In this document: in pieces, positions 1-9,663 of the stretch
Layout of the letters: the number at the start of each line of letters is the position of its first letter
Numbering within the stretch: position 1 is the stretch's first letter
Assembly: GCA_048940445.1 (NCBI GenBank)
Contig: JBHLON010000032.1
Coordinates: 1-35,677 of the forward strand
Direction: 5' to 3'
DNA length: 35,677 nucleotides
Source of the DNA: Promethearchaeota archaeon
GTDB lineage: Archaea > Asgardarchaeota > Lokiarchaeia > Sigyniarchaeales > SOKP01
The notes under the pieces: model-generated
Databases searched by the model: none
What the model was told of the DNA's origin: nothing
Seen by the model: the letters and a program-made list of their open reading frames with translations, nothing else
Program-made: the position numbers and the translations under genes

Positions 1-3
1 CTA

Positions 4-276
4 ATGAAAATCCAACATATGCTTATGAATATGAATTCAGAAATAGAGGTTATTAATGAGAACAAAATAATTCACAGGGTTTTAGATTGTGAAATCTGGA
101 GAATGGTGCAGAAAGTATGGAATCAGGATGCAATTCCTTGTCACAAGGTTACGCTAGCAAGTATTAGGGGTTTACTAAAGGGAGCTTTTCCAGAAAAAGA
201 ATTTATTTTAAAACATGAGAAGAAAATCCCTTTAGGAGATCCTTGTTGTGAGATTGAGATTTCTGTTAAAAATTGA
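4..276 (+). CDS. C-terminal part of a V4R/ATC-hydrolase-like small-ligand-binding protein (probably truncated by the window edge)
   Basis: Cys pattern C..(IPC)..GDPCCEIEI resembles V4R/L-2-amino-thiazoline-4-carboxylate hydrolase-like domains; the frame is open to the window start. Confidence 0.45.
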   Translation: MKIQHMLMNMNSEIEVINENKIIHRVLDCEIWRMVQKVWNQDAIPCHKVTLASIRGLLKGAFPEKEFILKHEKKIPLGDPCCEIEISVKN

Positions 277-375
277 TAAAAATTCTTAGAAACTTTATCT
301 CACGTTTTTCTTGAGAAAGGATATGCTAATTTTTTGAAAGAGTAATATTAATAATGTTATCTAAGTCACTTATCC

Positions 376-393
376 AATTTCCAATTGGAAATT
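376..393. repeat. 18-bp perfect palindrome AATTTCCAATTGGAAATT between convergent genes
   Basis: Read directly; identical to its own reverse complement. Confidence 0.7.
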
Positions 394-405
394 ACCAATC
401 CTCTA

Positions 406-972
406 TTAAAGAGTAGGACCTACGTATACTATTACTAGTAGAATGATGCTTAATAAAATTCCACCACCTAAAGCAATAAAAAAATATTGGAAATAAAAAT
501 CAATGAAGATTGTTGGAGTGCTAGCTGATAAAATAGAAATAATTATAGTATATAGAAGCAACCAAAAAACTGTTAAAGGTGCTAATGCATATATATAAGT
601 TGTTCTTTCACTAAAATTTATATTTTTAATTAATTTTATAATAGATGGAATTATAAACACTAAAATCCATAATGCGAAATTTACTGTTAAAAGAATTATT
701 AACATATACATATAAAGTGTAATTCTTATAATCATCAATGTTGTTATAATGATGAAAAAACCACCTGTTATTAACAACATAATCGCTCTATTTTTAATTG
801 ATAGTTCTTTATAAAGTAAAATAAATCCTATAAATATAGAAATAACAGATATAATAGGGAAAGCGATCCAATTTTGAAAAATAAATGGTAAAAATTCCAT
901 AATTAAAAGCATAGACATACCTATAATAAGAAGTACTATACCTGCTTTGCGTTTGGTTTTATTCTCTGCCAT
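406..972 (-). CDS. Hypothetical multi-pass membrane protein (~6 TM)
   Basis: 188-aa ORF of alternating hydrophobic helices. Confidence 0.7.
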   Translation of the reverse strand: MAENKTKRKAGIVLLIIGMSMLLIMEFLPFIFQNWIAFPIISVISIFIGFILLYKELSIKNRAIMLLITGGFFIIITTLMIIRITLYMYMLIILLTVNFALWILVFIIPSIIKLIKNINFSERTTYIYALAPLTVFWLLLYTIIISILSASTPTIFIDFYFQYFFIALGGGILLSIILLVIVYVGPTL

Positions 973-1411
973 AGATATGCCCTTTATTATTAATTTAAAA
1001 CATACTAAAAAGATACATAAATTTAATTAATTCAAACTTCATATAAAAACTTTACAAACCCTCTCTTTGGTTTAAAAAGTTTGATTATGCTTAAATTATT
1101 ATATATGAAAATAGTTTCCTCCGCTAAGAAACAATTTTAATTTATCTTTAAATCCCATCGCAGAAATATAAAAATAATCTCTATTCAATCTATAGTAAAA
1201 AAATTGACCTTTCCTAATGGCTATAAAGTATATCTGAAAGTCAAATAATGGTTGATTAATCCTTTATTATCTCAGAGTGTATTGTCAAAAATAAAAAATC
1301 GCTTTAAATTGGAATAATCGAAATCCCAATTAAATCGAAGGTCAAATTAAATGATTTTCTTTAAAAAATAGATCAAATATTTAATAACAATAAAAAACTA
1401 GTTTAAGCATC

Positions 1412-1759
1412 ATGGAAGGTAAATATGTAAGTCTTATCACATATAAAAAAAATGGGGATCCCATAACTACACCAGTATGGTTTGTAGAACAGAATAAAAA
1501 AATATATTTTGTTACATTACAACGAAGATTTAAATTGAAACGTATTAAGAATAATCCAAGTGTCAAAATTGCCTCTTCCAGCATGCGAGGTAAACCTAAA
1601 GGGGAATATTTTGATGGAATTGCTCGCATTCTCTCAGATGATGAGTCTAAACATATCATCGAATTATTTAAGAAAAAATATCGCATGTTTAAACTGATGT
1701 TTAAAGAAGATCGGGAAGGAGAAAAAAAATCAATTTTTATTGAAATTACCTTAAAATAG
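1412..1759 (+). CDS. PPOX-class (putative F420-dependent) oxidoreductase
   Basis: YVSLITYKKNGDPITTPVWF...KLKRIKNNPSVKIA is the typical PPOX-class signature. Confidence 0.85.
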   Translation: MEGKYVSLITYKKNGDPITTPVWFVEQNKKIYFVTLQRRFKLKRIKNNPSVKIASSSMRGKPKGEYFDGIARILSDDESKHIIELFKKKYRMFKLMFKEDREGEKKSIFIEITLK

Positions 1760-1825
1760 AGAGAACATTATAATTAGCTTAATAATTATAAAATAAAAAC
1801 TCTAATAGAAATTTTTTAGTCAATT

Positions 1826-2956
1826 GTGTTTACCCAAAAAGGATATGTAAGTTATATGAATCTTGAAAATAACGTTCAAGATAAAGCAATAATAATTGAT
1901 CTTGAAAATCGTGAGATAGTAAAAGGTTTATACGAGGCTTTTTTACAAGCAGAGATTCTTTCTCTCATTGATAAAACTCATGAAATATATGTACATGTAC
2001 CAATAGGAGCTAGTTTTTTTCGAGATGAACAACCTATAGAAGGAACTTATCTGGATGTCGAGTTTGCTGAAGCCATAATTTTAGCCAGTGCTGGTAAACC
2101 AATCACTTTTTATGAAACCCCTGCAACAAATAATCGAAATATTAAAAGCCTGTTTGAAAAGTTTGGTTATATGCAACTTGCTGAGAAATACTCGCAGGTT
2201 CGAATATTATGTTTAAAGGAAGATTTATTAAAACATGAAGATATAGTTAGTTTTAATTATGGTTTCGATTATCCACCAGTTAGACTTCCTAGCTTCCTTT
2301 TCAATAATAAAAATTTGATTATAAGTTTTAGTAATCCTAAAGCGCCATTTTCTGAAAATGTCGCTGGATTTAAGGGTCTTCCTTTTTCATTGAGTGGAAA
2401 GTCACTTATCATAGGATCAACATTATTTCCTAAGAAGAATTTATTGCATCTTGCTTTCTCTGATATTGGATTAGGGTTAAAAGATTATATAGTTGACGCA
2501 TTAGAAAAGATTCATAAAGCAGGTGTGGCTTGTATTGGAATCAATGGAGGGCATTATGCGGGTTATATGATCGAACAAGTAAAAGTAGAGCCTATTTATT
2601 GGAATGCACTTACAGTTTCTACAAGCATTGGAATTTCAGATGCTGTAACCGCTATCCTCATGGGCTATCAACCACAAAACCTAGATTTCTTTGCTAATTT
2701 AGCTCAAAAAGGGCTTATTCCTTCCAATATGAGTACTATACCAATTATAGAAATCGGAAATAGCCGTAAGCGTTTAGAAAAACAATTAAAACTAAATAAT
2801 CCATTTTTACTAAGGGGAAGCCCTATAACAACACGTAAATGGATTTTAGGACTCCTTAAACAGGTTTCACTTAAAGATAGGTTAAAAATAATTGGAAAGA
2901 TTATTCCTTCAATAATCAAATATAAATTTAAAAGAAAAAACAGATCAAATAAATAA
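1826..2956 (+). CDS. DUF362-like protein (start may be ATG 1856)
   Basis: VRLPSFLF..IISFSNPK and ISDAVTAILMGYQP resemble DUF362 motifs. Confidence 0.55.
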   Translation: MFTQKGYVSYMNLENNVQDKAIIIDLENREIVKGLYEAFLQAEILSLIDKTHEIYVHVPIGASFFRDEQPIEGTYLDVEFAEAIILASAGKPITFYETPATNNRNIKSLFEKFGYMQLAEKYSQVRILCLKEDLLKHEDIVSFNYGFDYPPVRLPSFLFNNKNLIISFSNPKAPFSENVAGFKGLPFSLSGKSLIIGSTLFPKKNLLHLAFSDIGLGLKDYIVDALEKIHKAGVACIGINGGHYAGYMIEQVKVEPIYWNALTVSTSIGISDAVTAILMGYQPQNLDFFANLAQKGLIPSNMSTIPIIEIGNSRKRLEKQLKLNNPFLLRGSPITTRKWILGLLKQVSLKDRLKIIGKIIPSIIKYKFKRKNRSNK

Positions 2957-3011
2957 TTCTTTTGTCATCAATTTTTCACTAAAAGTTACAGCTTGATATA
3001 GGAGTAAAAAT

Positions 3012-4040
3012 TTAATTTGGATCTAAAATTTCCTTTGCTAAAGCTGTTCCATATACCTCTTTAGCTAATTTTTTAATTCCCTCTATCCCAATTGGTTCAT
3101 TAATAAGACGATTCGATTCCCAAATTTTCAATTGCTTAAATTCCTTTTTAATCTCTTCAATGAATTTTAACTGGCTTTCACGTAAACTATTACAGAAGTT
3201 GCATTTTTTTGCTTTAGGAGTGATCATGTTTATATGAACAGCATGAAGGGAAATGTACCTTTGAGTCAAATCACGTGCTCTTTTTACTTCTTCAAAGCTA
3301 GGGCGCTCTGCAATAGTTACTAATCTTAAAGATCCAACATTATGAATTAATTCACTTATTCGTTCTCCTCTTTTTTCAAGTTCTACGATCATATTAAATA
3401 TTTCTTTTCCTAATTCTCTTCTCTTTTCATAACTACCGTCATCAAATGGTTTAACTATCTGTCTAAACATTTTAGACAAATTTCTAATGGCACCTTTTAT
3501 CGAATTATAGAAGTTTAAAGAATATTTTAGAACAACTTTTACTTGGTCTTCAGGAATTTCAAATAGTGCAACCATGTTTCCTGTAGGAGGAAAATCAGCT
3601 ACAATTATATCAAATTGGATGTCTTGAGTATTAATATCTTCAGCATCTAATAATTTCTGAAAAAACATTGCATTTTTTAAAGCTAGCGGGATAGAATCAG
3701 CCGTAAAACTAGTATTTATAAATTTTTCGATTTGTGGTAAACTTCCGATAATTGGCATTTGTTTTGTCAGATTTTTCATTTTTTCCACTAAATCTTTGGT
3801 ATATTGTTCAGCATATAAGTCTGGATCTGGCTCAATCGCCCATAAATTATCCGTTATTGGAGATACTTTACTTTTAATAGTAATTCCAAAGATATCAGTT
3901 AGATTATGAGCTATATCAAATGATATTAATAAAACTTTTTTATCTGGGAGTAATTCTGATAATCTAAGAGCAGTTGCTGCACTAATTGAGCTCTTTCCAA
4001 CCCCACCTTTTCCTCCAAACACAATAATTTTTTCAATCAT
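3012..4040 (-). CDS. arsA: ArsA/GET3 (TRC40)-family ATPase, single domain
   Basis: FGGKGGVGKSS P-loop, SFDIAHNL switch I-like, DFPPTG switch II-like, C-terminal CNFC, EPIGIEGI. Confidence 0.85.
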   Translation of the reverse strand: MIEKIIVFGGKGGVGKSSISAATALRLSELLPDKKVLLISFDIAHNLTDIFGITIKSKVSPITDNLWAIEPDPDLYAEQYTKDLVEKMKNLTKQMPIIGSLPQIEKFINTSFTADSIPLALKNAMFFQKLLDAEDINTQDIQFDIIVADFPPTGNMVALFEIPEDQVKVVLKYSLNFYNSIKGAIRNLSKMFRQIVKPFDDGSYEKRRELGKEIFNMIVELEKRGERISELIHNVGSLRLVTIAERPSFEEVKRARDLTQRYISLHAVHINMITPKAKKCNFCNSLRESQLKFIEEIKKEFKQLKIWESNRLINEPIGIEGIKKLAKEVYGTALAKEILDPN

Positions 4041-4518
4041 TTTTATATCCTTTAAAATGAAGAAAGTAATTATAATTTATTTTTTGTAAATTAACTCTTA
4101 AAAATAATGCTAGTATAAATTAGAGTTCTTTAGGAAAAAAAATAATTTTTCCATTAAATTGAGAATTTTCATTTTTAGCTTCTTTTTCGAAGTAAAAGTA
4201 AAAACGCCCGACTGAAGTACATAATCTGAATTTGATGCTTTTTTTATTTATTTTATAAATTCTTTTCAATAAGACATTGTTCCAATAGAGACTCATCAAT
4301 AAAGCTTCGAACTTATGATTTAAGAATTTATATCCTATGAGGATGTTATCACTTAGCAAAAAATAAATGGGATGAATAATTTACCTAATATGATCATTTG
4401 TATATCGATGATTGTTTATTAAAATATCAAAAAGAAGAAACTAAATTGGTTCAAAAGTTTTGAAATTTTCTAAAATCATAATTATCTCATTAGAATTTAA
4501 TAAAATTTAATAATAAAA

Positions 4519-5749
4519 ATGGAAGTGATCAAGATTACCAATAATCAAGTAGACTTTACTACAAAATATATTATTGAAGCAAAATTTGAAATTAAAGGAG
4601 TGGTTGAAAAAAGCGATATAGTCGGTGCCATTTTCGGTCAAAGATAATGAAAAAAGCCAGTTCGGCTCAATCGGCTAAACAGAGGGTCTCCTTTTAGATC
4701 TTGATTTAAGAGATCTTCAAAAATCAGGACGAATTGGAAGAATCGAAGTAGAAAACGAATCTAAGGAGGGACTTTCTATAGGAATTATAAAAATTCCATC
4801 TTCTTTAACTAGAAAGGAGACTGCATTATTGGCAGCGACTGTTGAAACTGTTACTCGTGTAGGACCATGCGAAGCTCAAATTAAATTAATCGAAATTAGA
4901 GATGTAAGAGAAACAAAACGAAAAAAAATTATTGAGCGAGCAGCAGAGTTATTAAAAGAGTGGGATCAAAAATCACTAGAACCAAGTGAGATTGAAGAAA
5001 AAATAGATACAGATATTAAACTTGGTGAAATAATAAAATGGGGTCCCGAAGGATTGCCAGCGGGGCCAGAAGTGGAAACTAGCGACGAACTGATTATAGT
5101 GGAAGGCCGAGCAGATGTATTAAACTTACTAAGAATAGGGATCAAAAATAGTATAGCAGTTCAAGGAACTCATATCCCAAAATCAGTAATAGACCTAGCA
5201 AAACAAAAAAAATCAATTACTATTTTTACCGATGGGGATCGTGGGGGTGAATTAATAACAAAAGAATTAATGCAGCTAATTAAAGTGGATTTTATTGCTC
5301 GAGCACCTGATGGATATGAAGTTGAGGAATTAACTAGAAAACAACTGATTAAATCTCTTCAAAATAAAAAAACTACGACAGAATCATCAGAAAAGACAGG
5401 AAGCGTCCCTCCAATTAAGGAAAAGAAATCTGTAGAAACTCTTATAAGTAAACTTCTTAAAAAGCTTAAAGTTAAAAACCAAAATACAATAATAGATGCA
5501 ATAAATACAATCTCTCGAGATTTTAGTATAGGATTTAACAATAAACTTGAGAAACTATTTGAACTCCCAGTTAAAGAATTGTTTGAAGAGATTGGTAAAT
5601 ATGGCAAAACTGAATTTTTACTTATAGATGGGATCCTAACAAAACGTCTCCTTTCAGAAGCATTAAAGTTGAAAATAAAATTTATCGCTTGTAAAAACAA
5701 GGAAGAAGATTTAAATATCCCAGATCAAATCATTATTTATTATTTTTAA
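4519..5749 (+). CDS. dnaG: Archaeal DnaG (Toprim; exosome-associated primase-like protein). Exons 4519-4641 and 4679-5749 join to give ~397 aa
   Basis: Exon 1: MEVIK..KYIIEAKFEIKGVVEKSDIVGAIFGQ. Exon 2: TEGLLLDLDLRDLQKSGRIGRIEV..RVGPC..IIVEGRADV..FTDGDRGG..ARAPDGYEVEELT. The ORF track start at 4829 misses the N-terminus. Confidence 0.9.
4642..4678 (+). other. Putative 37-nt bulge-helix-bulge-type mRNA intron in dnaG
   Basis: Removal restores FGQ|TEGL in frame; GGUC(4636-39)/GGCU(4673-76) 4-bp helix flanked by AAA bulges (4640-42, 4677-79). Confidence 0.8.
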
Positions 5750-6180
5750 ATATTTTTTTTAAATATTTCTTTACATTCAACATTTAACGGTATTCCGTTT
5801 ACTAGAGAATCTGAAACTACACAATATTGTTTAAATTCATTTATACAAGTGTCTGCTTTCTCTCTAAATGAATTATCTTCTAATTCGTATAAAATAACGA
5901 TATCAACCTGCACTAATCTCAAATTTAAAGTTGGACCTTTATGTTTTATCTTCCCATCTATTACTATCTTTAAATTACTTACTTTAATGGTTTTCTTGGT
6001 TAGACAATACATAAATGAACTTCCTAGACATCCTCCTATTCCAATTAATAAATATTCAACCGGACTTGGGCCTAAATTAGTTCCATGAAACGATTCTGGT
6101 TCATCTATATCAAGATTATTAAAATCCCTAACAGCTGCTTTAAAGTGGAGGTTTTTTTGATGGGTTATTTTTACTTGCAT
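5746..6180 (-). CDS. OsmC/Ohr (YhfA-like) family protein
   Basis: IDEPESFHGTNLGPSPVEYLLIGIGGC..YCVVSDSL; ATG at 6180 (MQVKI) fits the domain start better than 6324. Confidence 0.85.
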   Translation of the reverse strand: MQVKITHQKNLHFKAAVRDFNNLDIDEPESFHGTNLGPSPVEYLLIGIGGCLGSSFMYCLTKKTIKVSNLKIVIDGKIKHKGPTLNLRLVQVDIVILYELEDNSFREKADTCINEFKQYCVVSDSLVNGIPLNVECKEIFKKNI

Positions 6181-6328
6181 AATTAAGTTTAGTATCCTGG
6201 TAATATAATTAATTTTTAATATTCTTATCTCTTTTTTTAAGGTTACTAATCCTATATTATATACAAAATTGGAAATAATCAAAATAAAATATTTAACAGT
6301 CATTAATAATGTATTATGGTCCAAACGA

Positions 6329-6802
6329 ATGCTAGTTGAGGAATCTATACACCCTTGGACTTTACATCATATAGATGAAGATAAAATGGCTTTAGATTCA
6401 AATAAATTAGTCTTAGTATATGACTATGAGAACTTTAATGATATTCCTCATTTGTATAATCTGAACCAATAATTTAAAGGTAAGGTTTGCACATTAAGAG
6501 ATATTTATACAGTAAGGCGATTATTTAGGACAAGGAAAGTTATTACGCGTGATGGAGTTGTTCAGTTATTACAACTAGGTCGAATTATAACTAGAAATGA
6601 TCTTGATTTAATCAAACAGGTTTTAGATGAAAATCAACTTGATGATTTTATCGAAAGTATTAATTTCTTCATTACAGAAGGTGAAAAAGCATGGTTTAAG
6701 AAATACTTTGAAATATTTTATCATGATAATAAAGGTGAACCTTTTTGGAATACGCATTATTTAACTATATTAAGAAATCAGAAGCGTGACAATCCCATAT
6801 AA
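6329..6802 (+). pseudogene. Decayed HNH-like protein, copy 1 (in-frame TAA at 6470-6472)
   Basis: WTLHHIDEDK..NKLVLV; reading through the TAA continues FKGKVCTLR..FWNTHYL, colinear with copy 2. Confidence 0.7.
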
Positions 6803-6833
6803 ACTAAAAACATAGAGAATTTTATTAACTATA

Positions 6834-7070
6834 ATGAAAAAGGATTTGAAAAAGAAAAAAAAATCTAGATCACCATTAAGTAAAGAGGAATATTTAAAGG
6901 CATTTGTCTCAGAATTAAGAGAGGCAGAAAATAAACACAATTATAAATTAATTCGTAAAATCTCTGACGATGTCTTAAAGGAAAAGATTACTCCAGAACA
7001 AGCAAAAGAAACCTTTTTAATTCAAAACAAAAATATTATGGAAGATGCTGCAAAAAAATTGAGAAAGTGA
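6834..7070 (+). CDS. Small hypothetical protein, paralog of 7580-7825 (candidate immunity/antitoxin)
   Basis: PLSKEEYLKAFVSE..ISDDVLKEKITPEQA is shared with 7580-7825. Confidence 0.75.
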   Translation: MKKDLKKKKKSRSPLSKEEYLKAFVSELREAENKHNYKLIRKISDDVLKEKITPEQAKETFLIQNKNIMEDAAKKLRK

Positions 7071-7086
7071 TTTATTTATATCTTAA

Positions 7087-7558
7087 TTAGAAGATACAGA
7101 TAGTAACATTTGGGTAATACATCATATTGATGAAGACAAAATGTCTTTAGAACCCAAATGAAATGGTTCTTGGACATAAGTCTGAGAATCTAGCTCAAAT
7201 TTCACAGTTATATCGGTTGGGACAACATTTTAAAGATAAGATATGTACCATAAGAGAGATGCTTATAGATAAAAGAGTATTACGCATAAATAGGATTCTT
7301 ATGCGTAACGAAATTATTCAATTGTTAAAATTAGGGTGAAGTATTAAAATGAATGATCTTAAGCTCATTAGACAAGTCTTAGATACAAATCAATGTGATG
7401 AATTCATTAAGAGTATAAATTATTTCATAAAAGAAGGTGAAATTCAGCGATTCAAAAAATACTTTAAAAAATTTTATACTAACAATAAAGATGGTTATTT
7501 CTGGAATACACATTATTTAACTTCTTCAAGAAATCAAAAACAAGGAAATCTCAATTAA
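7087..7558 (+). pseudogene. Decayed, start-less HNH-like protein, copy 2 (frameshift ~7156-7161, TGA 7337-7339)
   Basis: WVIHHIDEDKMSLEP/NEMVL..FKDKICTIRE..QLLKLG*..FWNTHYL aligns with copy 1. Confidence 0.7.
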
Positions 7559-7579
7559 TTTAAATATTTAATATTTTTA

Positions 7580-7825
7580 TTGGATATAATGAAAGAAGAA
7601 AAAAAAAGTAAAAAAAAGAAACTCCATTACCCCTTATCGAAAGAAGAATTTTTAAAAGCATTTGTCTCAGAATTCAGTGAAAGCGGTTCTTCAAGTATCA
7701 TAGAAGAAATTTCTAAAGATGTTTTAAATGAAAGGATAACCCCTGAACAAGCGATAGATATTTTAAATGCTCAAGAACAAGAGTTAAGAAAAAGCAAAAG
7801 TTTTAATCAAAAAGAAGAAAATTGA
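7580..7825 (+). CDS. Small hypothetical protein, paralog of 6834-7070
   Basis: PLSKEEFLKAFVSE..ISKDVLNERITPEQA. Confidence 0.75.
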   Translation: MDIMKEEKKSKKKKLHYPLSKEEFLKAFVSEFSESGSSSIIEEISKDVLNERITPEQAIDILNAQEQELRKSKSFNQKEEN

Positions 7826-7952
7826 ATGATATCAACTTATCTAGATCGAATTTTTCAAAATCTCTTACTGATGCTTTAAAGTGAAGATTTTCTAGATGGT
7901 CTAATTTTACTTGCATAATTACGTTAAAAGCATAATAAAATTAAATGTTAAC

Positions 7953-8207
7953 TTATGAACCGATCCCTAAAGCATCATTAACGAGAGTAAAAATTAGTTG
8001 TATTACCCATGAAATTGCTCCTACAATTACTAAACCTATTGCACATATTTTAAATACTAGGAAATAATCTTTTCGTCCAGGTTTATTTGCAACTTTTAAA
8101 ACTCTTTTAGCATTTTGGAAGAAAATACCTAATCGTTCATATATACTTGGTTTCTTCTTTTTCTCGAACTTTTCGTATTTGTTATATTTGGGGTATTGCT
8201 TTGACAC
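7953..8207 (-). CDS. secE: Protein translocase subunit SecE/Sec61-gamma
   Basis: RVLKVANKPGRKDY..KICAIGLVIVGAISWVIQLI; directly downstream of ftsY. Confidence 0.9.
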   Translation of the reverse strand: MSKQYPKYNKYEKFEKKKKPSIYERLGIFFQNAKRVLKVANKPGRKDYFLVFKICAIGLVIVGAISWVIQLIFTLVNDALGIGS

Positions 8208-8262
8208 AGATAAATTAACGCTAAATCTTTAAAAAAGTTAACTAGTAATAATAGTAATTTAT

Positions 8263-9180
8263 TCAATTTCCATTAATATCGAGAATTTTGGAAATAAAGA
8301 ACTCTTTTTCAAAAGGTTTTAAGTCATCATAACTTTGACCTGTACCTATAAAAATTATTGGCTTTTTAGTTTCAAAAGATATAGATAATGCCGCTCCTCC
8401 TTTTGCGTCTGCATCCAGTTTAGTCAAGATATTAGCATCTATCCCAACCTTACTTTTAAATTCTTTAGCTTGAACTAGAGCATCATTTCCAGCTAAACTA
8501 TCTCCTATAAAAATGATTAAATCTGGTTGAGAGACTCTAACTATCTTTTGCATTTCTGTCATTAGATTTTTATTACTAACTTGTCTTCCAGCAGTATCTA
8601 TTAATACTACATTAATTCCTTTCGCTATAGCATGTTGAATTGCATCATAAGCAACACTCGCTGGATCCGATTTGTAATTATGTTTAATCACTCTAATTCC
8701 AACTTTTTCCATATGATAGGCCAATTGTTCTATAGCCGCGGCTCTAAATGTATCTGCTGCTGCTGCAACAGAAGAAATGTTATTTTTCTTTAAATAGCTT
8801 GCTATTTTTGCAATAGTTGTTGTCTTTCCGGTTCCATTAACACCAAGAAAAACTATTATATAAGGTAGATTATTTATCTTCTTTCTTTTTATATTGTCTA
8901 ATAGATTGATCTCTTGATCGGGAGTCAATACTTCAGTAATCACATTTTTCAATACCTCAAATAAATATTTTTTTTTGGATGATAATCTCCCGATTTGTTC
9001 ACCACTTAATGAGGCTTTAATATTGTTGCATAATTTATCAGCAGTTTCTGTTGCTACATCATTACTGATAAGAAGAAGTTTTAAATCGTTAATGGTATTA
9101 TCAATTTTATTTTCAGACAGGGATTTTTTTATAAAACTAGAAAATGCATTCTTTAATTGTTCAAGCATTAGTCCATTCAC
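8263..9180 (-). CDS. ftsY: SRP receptor FtsY (NG domain only)
   Basis: GVNGTGKTTT, DTFRAAA, DTAGR, TKLDADAKGGA, GTGQSYDDL. Confidence 0.95.
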   Translation of the reverse strand: MNGLMLEQLKNAFSSFIKKSLSENKIDNTINDLKLLLISNDVATETADKLCNNIKASLSGEQIGRLSSKKKYLFEVLKNVITEVLTPDQEINLLDNIKRKKINNLPYIIVFLGVNGTGKTTTIAKIASYLKKNNISSVAAAADTFRAAAIEQLAYHMEKVGIRVIKHNYKSDPASVAYDAIQHAIAKGINVVLIDTAGRQVSNKNLMTEMQKIVRVSQPDLIIFIGDSLAGNDALVQAKEFKSKVGIDANILTKLDADAKGGAALSISFETKKPIIFIGTGQSYDDLKPFEKEFFISKILDINGN

Positions 9181-9220
9181 CGTTTAAATCTCTAATAAAA
9201 GACATAATAAATCTAAGATT

Positions 9221-9643
9221 TTAACCTCTTCTGCCTGAATAACTCTGTTGAATTGATTGACTCATTCCCTGAATAGTGATATCTAAATTTTGAATTCTTT
9301 CTGATAGAGCTTTGATTTGTTCATTATGTTGTTCTATTAACTTTTCAATAAATGTAATGGATTCATCTATATTTCTTTCTATTACACTGTCATTTCCAAT
9401 AAATAGGAGGGTCTTTTCAGTATCTTGAATTAAGGCTTTTATTCCAACTAAACCTCCTATTGGAATAATGATCTCATCATTTTCTTTTACACCTTCTTTT
9501 ATATTTTGAAGTGTAGTTTTTGTGTTTAATAAGTTTCCTAATGAAGCATTAATGATTTCTAATTGACCCTGAAACATTTCACGCTGTTCTTTAATTATCC
9601 TAAATTGATATAATTGGTTTTCTATATTCTGATTATTTTCCAT
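9221..9643 (-). CDS. pfdA: Prefoldin alpha subunit
   Basis: Coiled coil / EIIIPIGG..LLFIGND hairpins / coiled coil; conserved position between rpl18a and ftsY. Confidence 0.9.
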   Translation of the reverse strand: MENNQNIENQLYQFRIIKEQREMFQGQLEIINASLGNLLNTKTTLQNIKEGVKENDEIIIPIGGLVGIKALIQDTEKTLLFIGNDSVIERNIDESITFIEKLIEQHNEQIKALSERIQNLDITIQGMSQSIQQSYSGRRG

Positions 9644-9663
9644 TTTTTATAAACCATAATAAT

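Noticed and set aside
1204-1345. TTGACCTT/AAGGTCAA inverted repeat as MITE ends
   Set aside because: Only 8 bp, with no target-site duplication or second copy.
4120-4480. 79-aa ORF or possible decayed gene upstream of dnaG
   Set aside because: No recognisable motif; fragments in AT-rich intergenic DNA cannot be supported.
4639-4683. Ribosomal hopping or programmed frameshift as the explanation of the dnaG insert
   Set aside because: An AGA-to-AGA hop (4642 to 4681) lands in the wrong frame, and a frameshift within the insert meets TAA 4676-4678 just before exon 2. Precise excision fits better.
4829-5749. 306-aa DnaG starting at TTG 4829
   Set aside because: It lacks ~90 conserved N-terminal residues that are encoded upstream.
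7337-7339. In-frame TGA as selenocysteine
   Set aside because: It aligns with CGA (Arg) in the paralog, and the same gene also has a frameshift, so ordinary decay is more likely.
6440-7345. Further mRNA introns explaining the broken HNH-like ORFs
   Set aside because: The two copies are colinear across the lesions; these are point stops and a 1-nt indel, not inserts.
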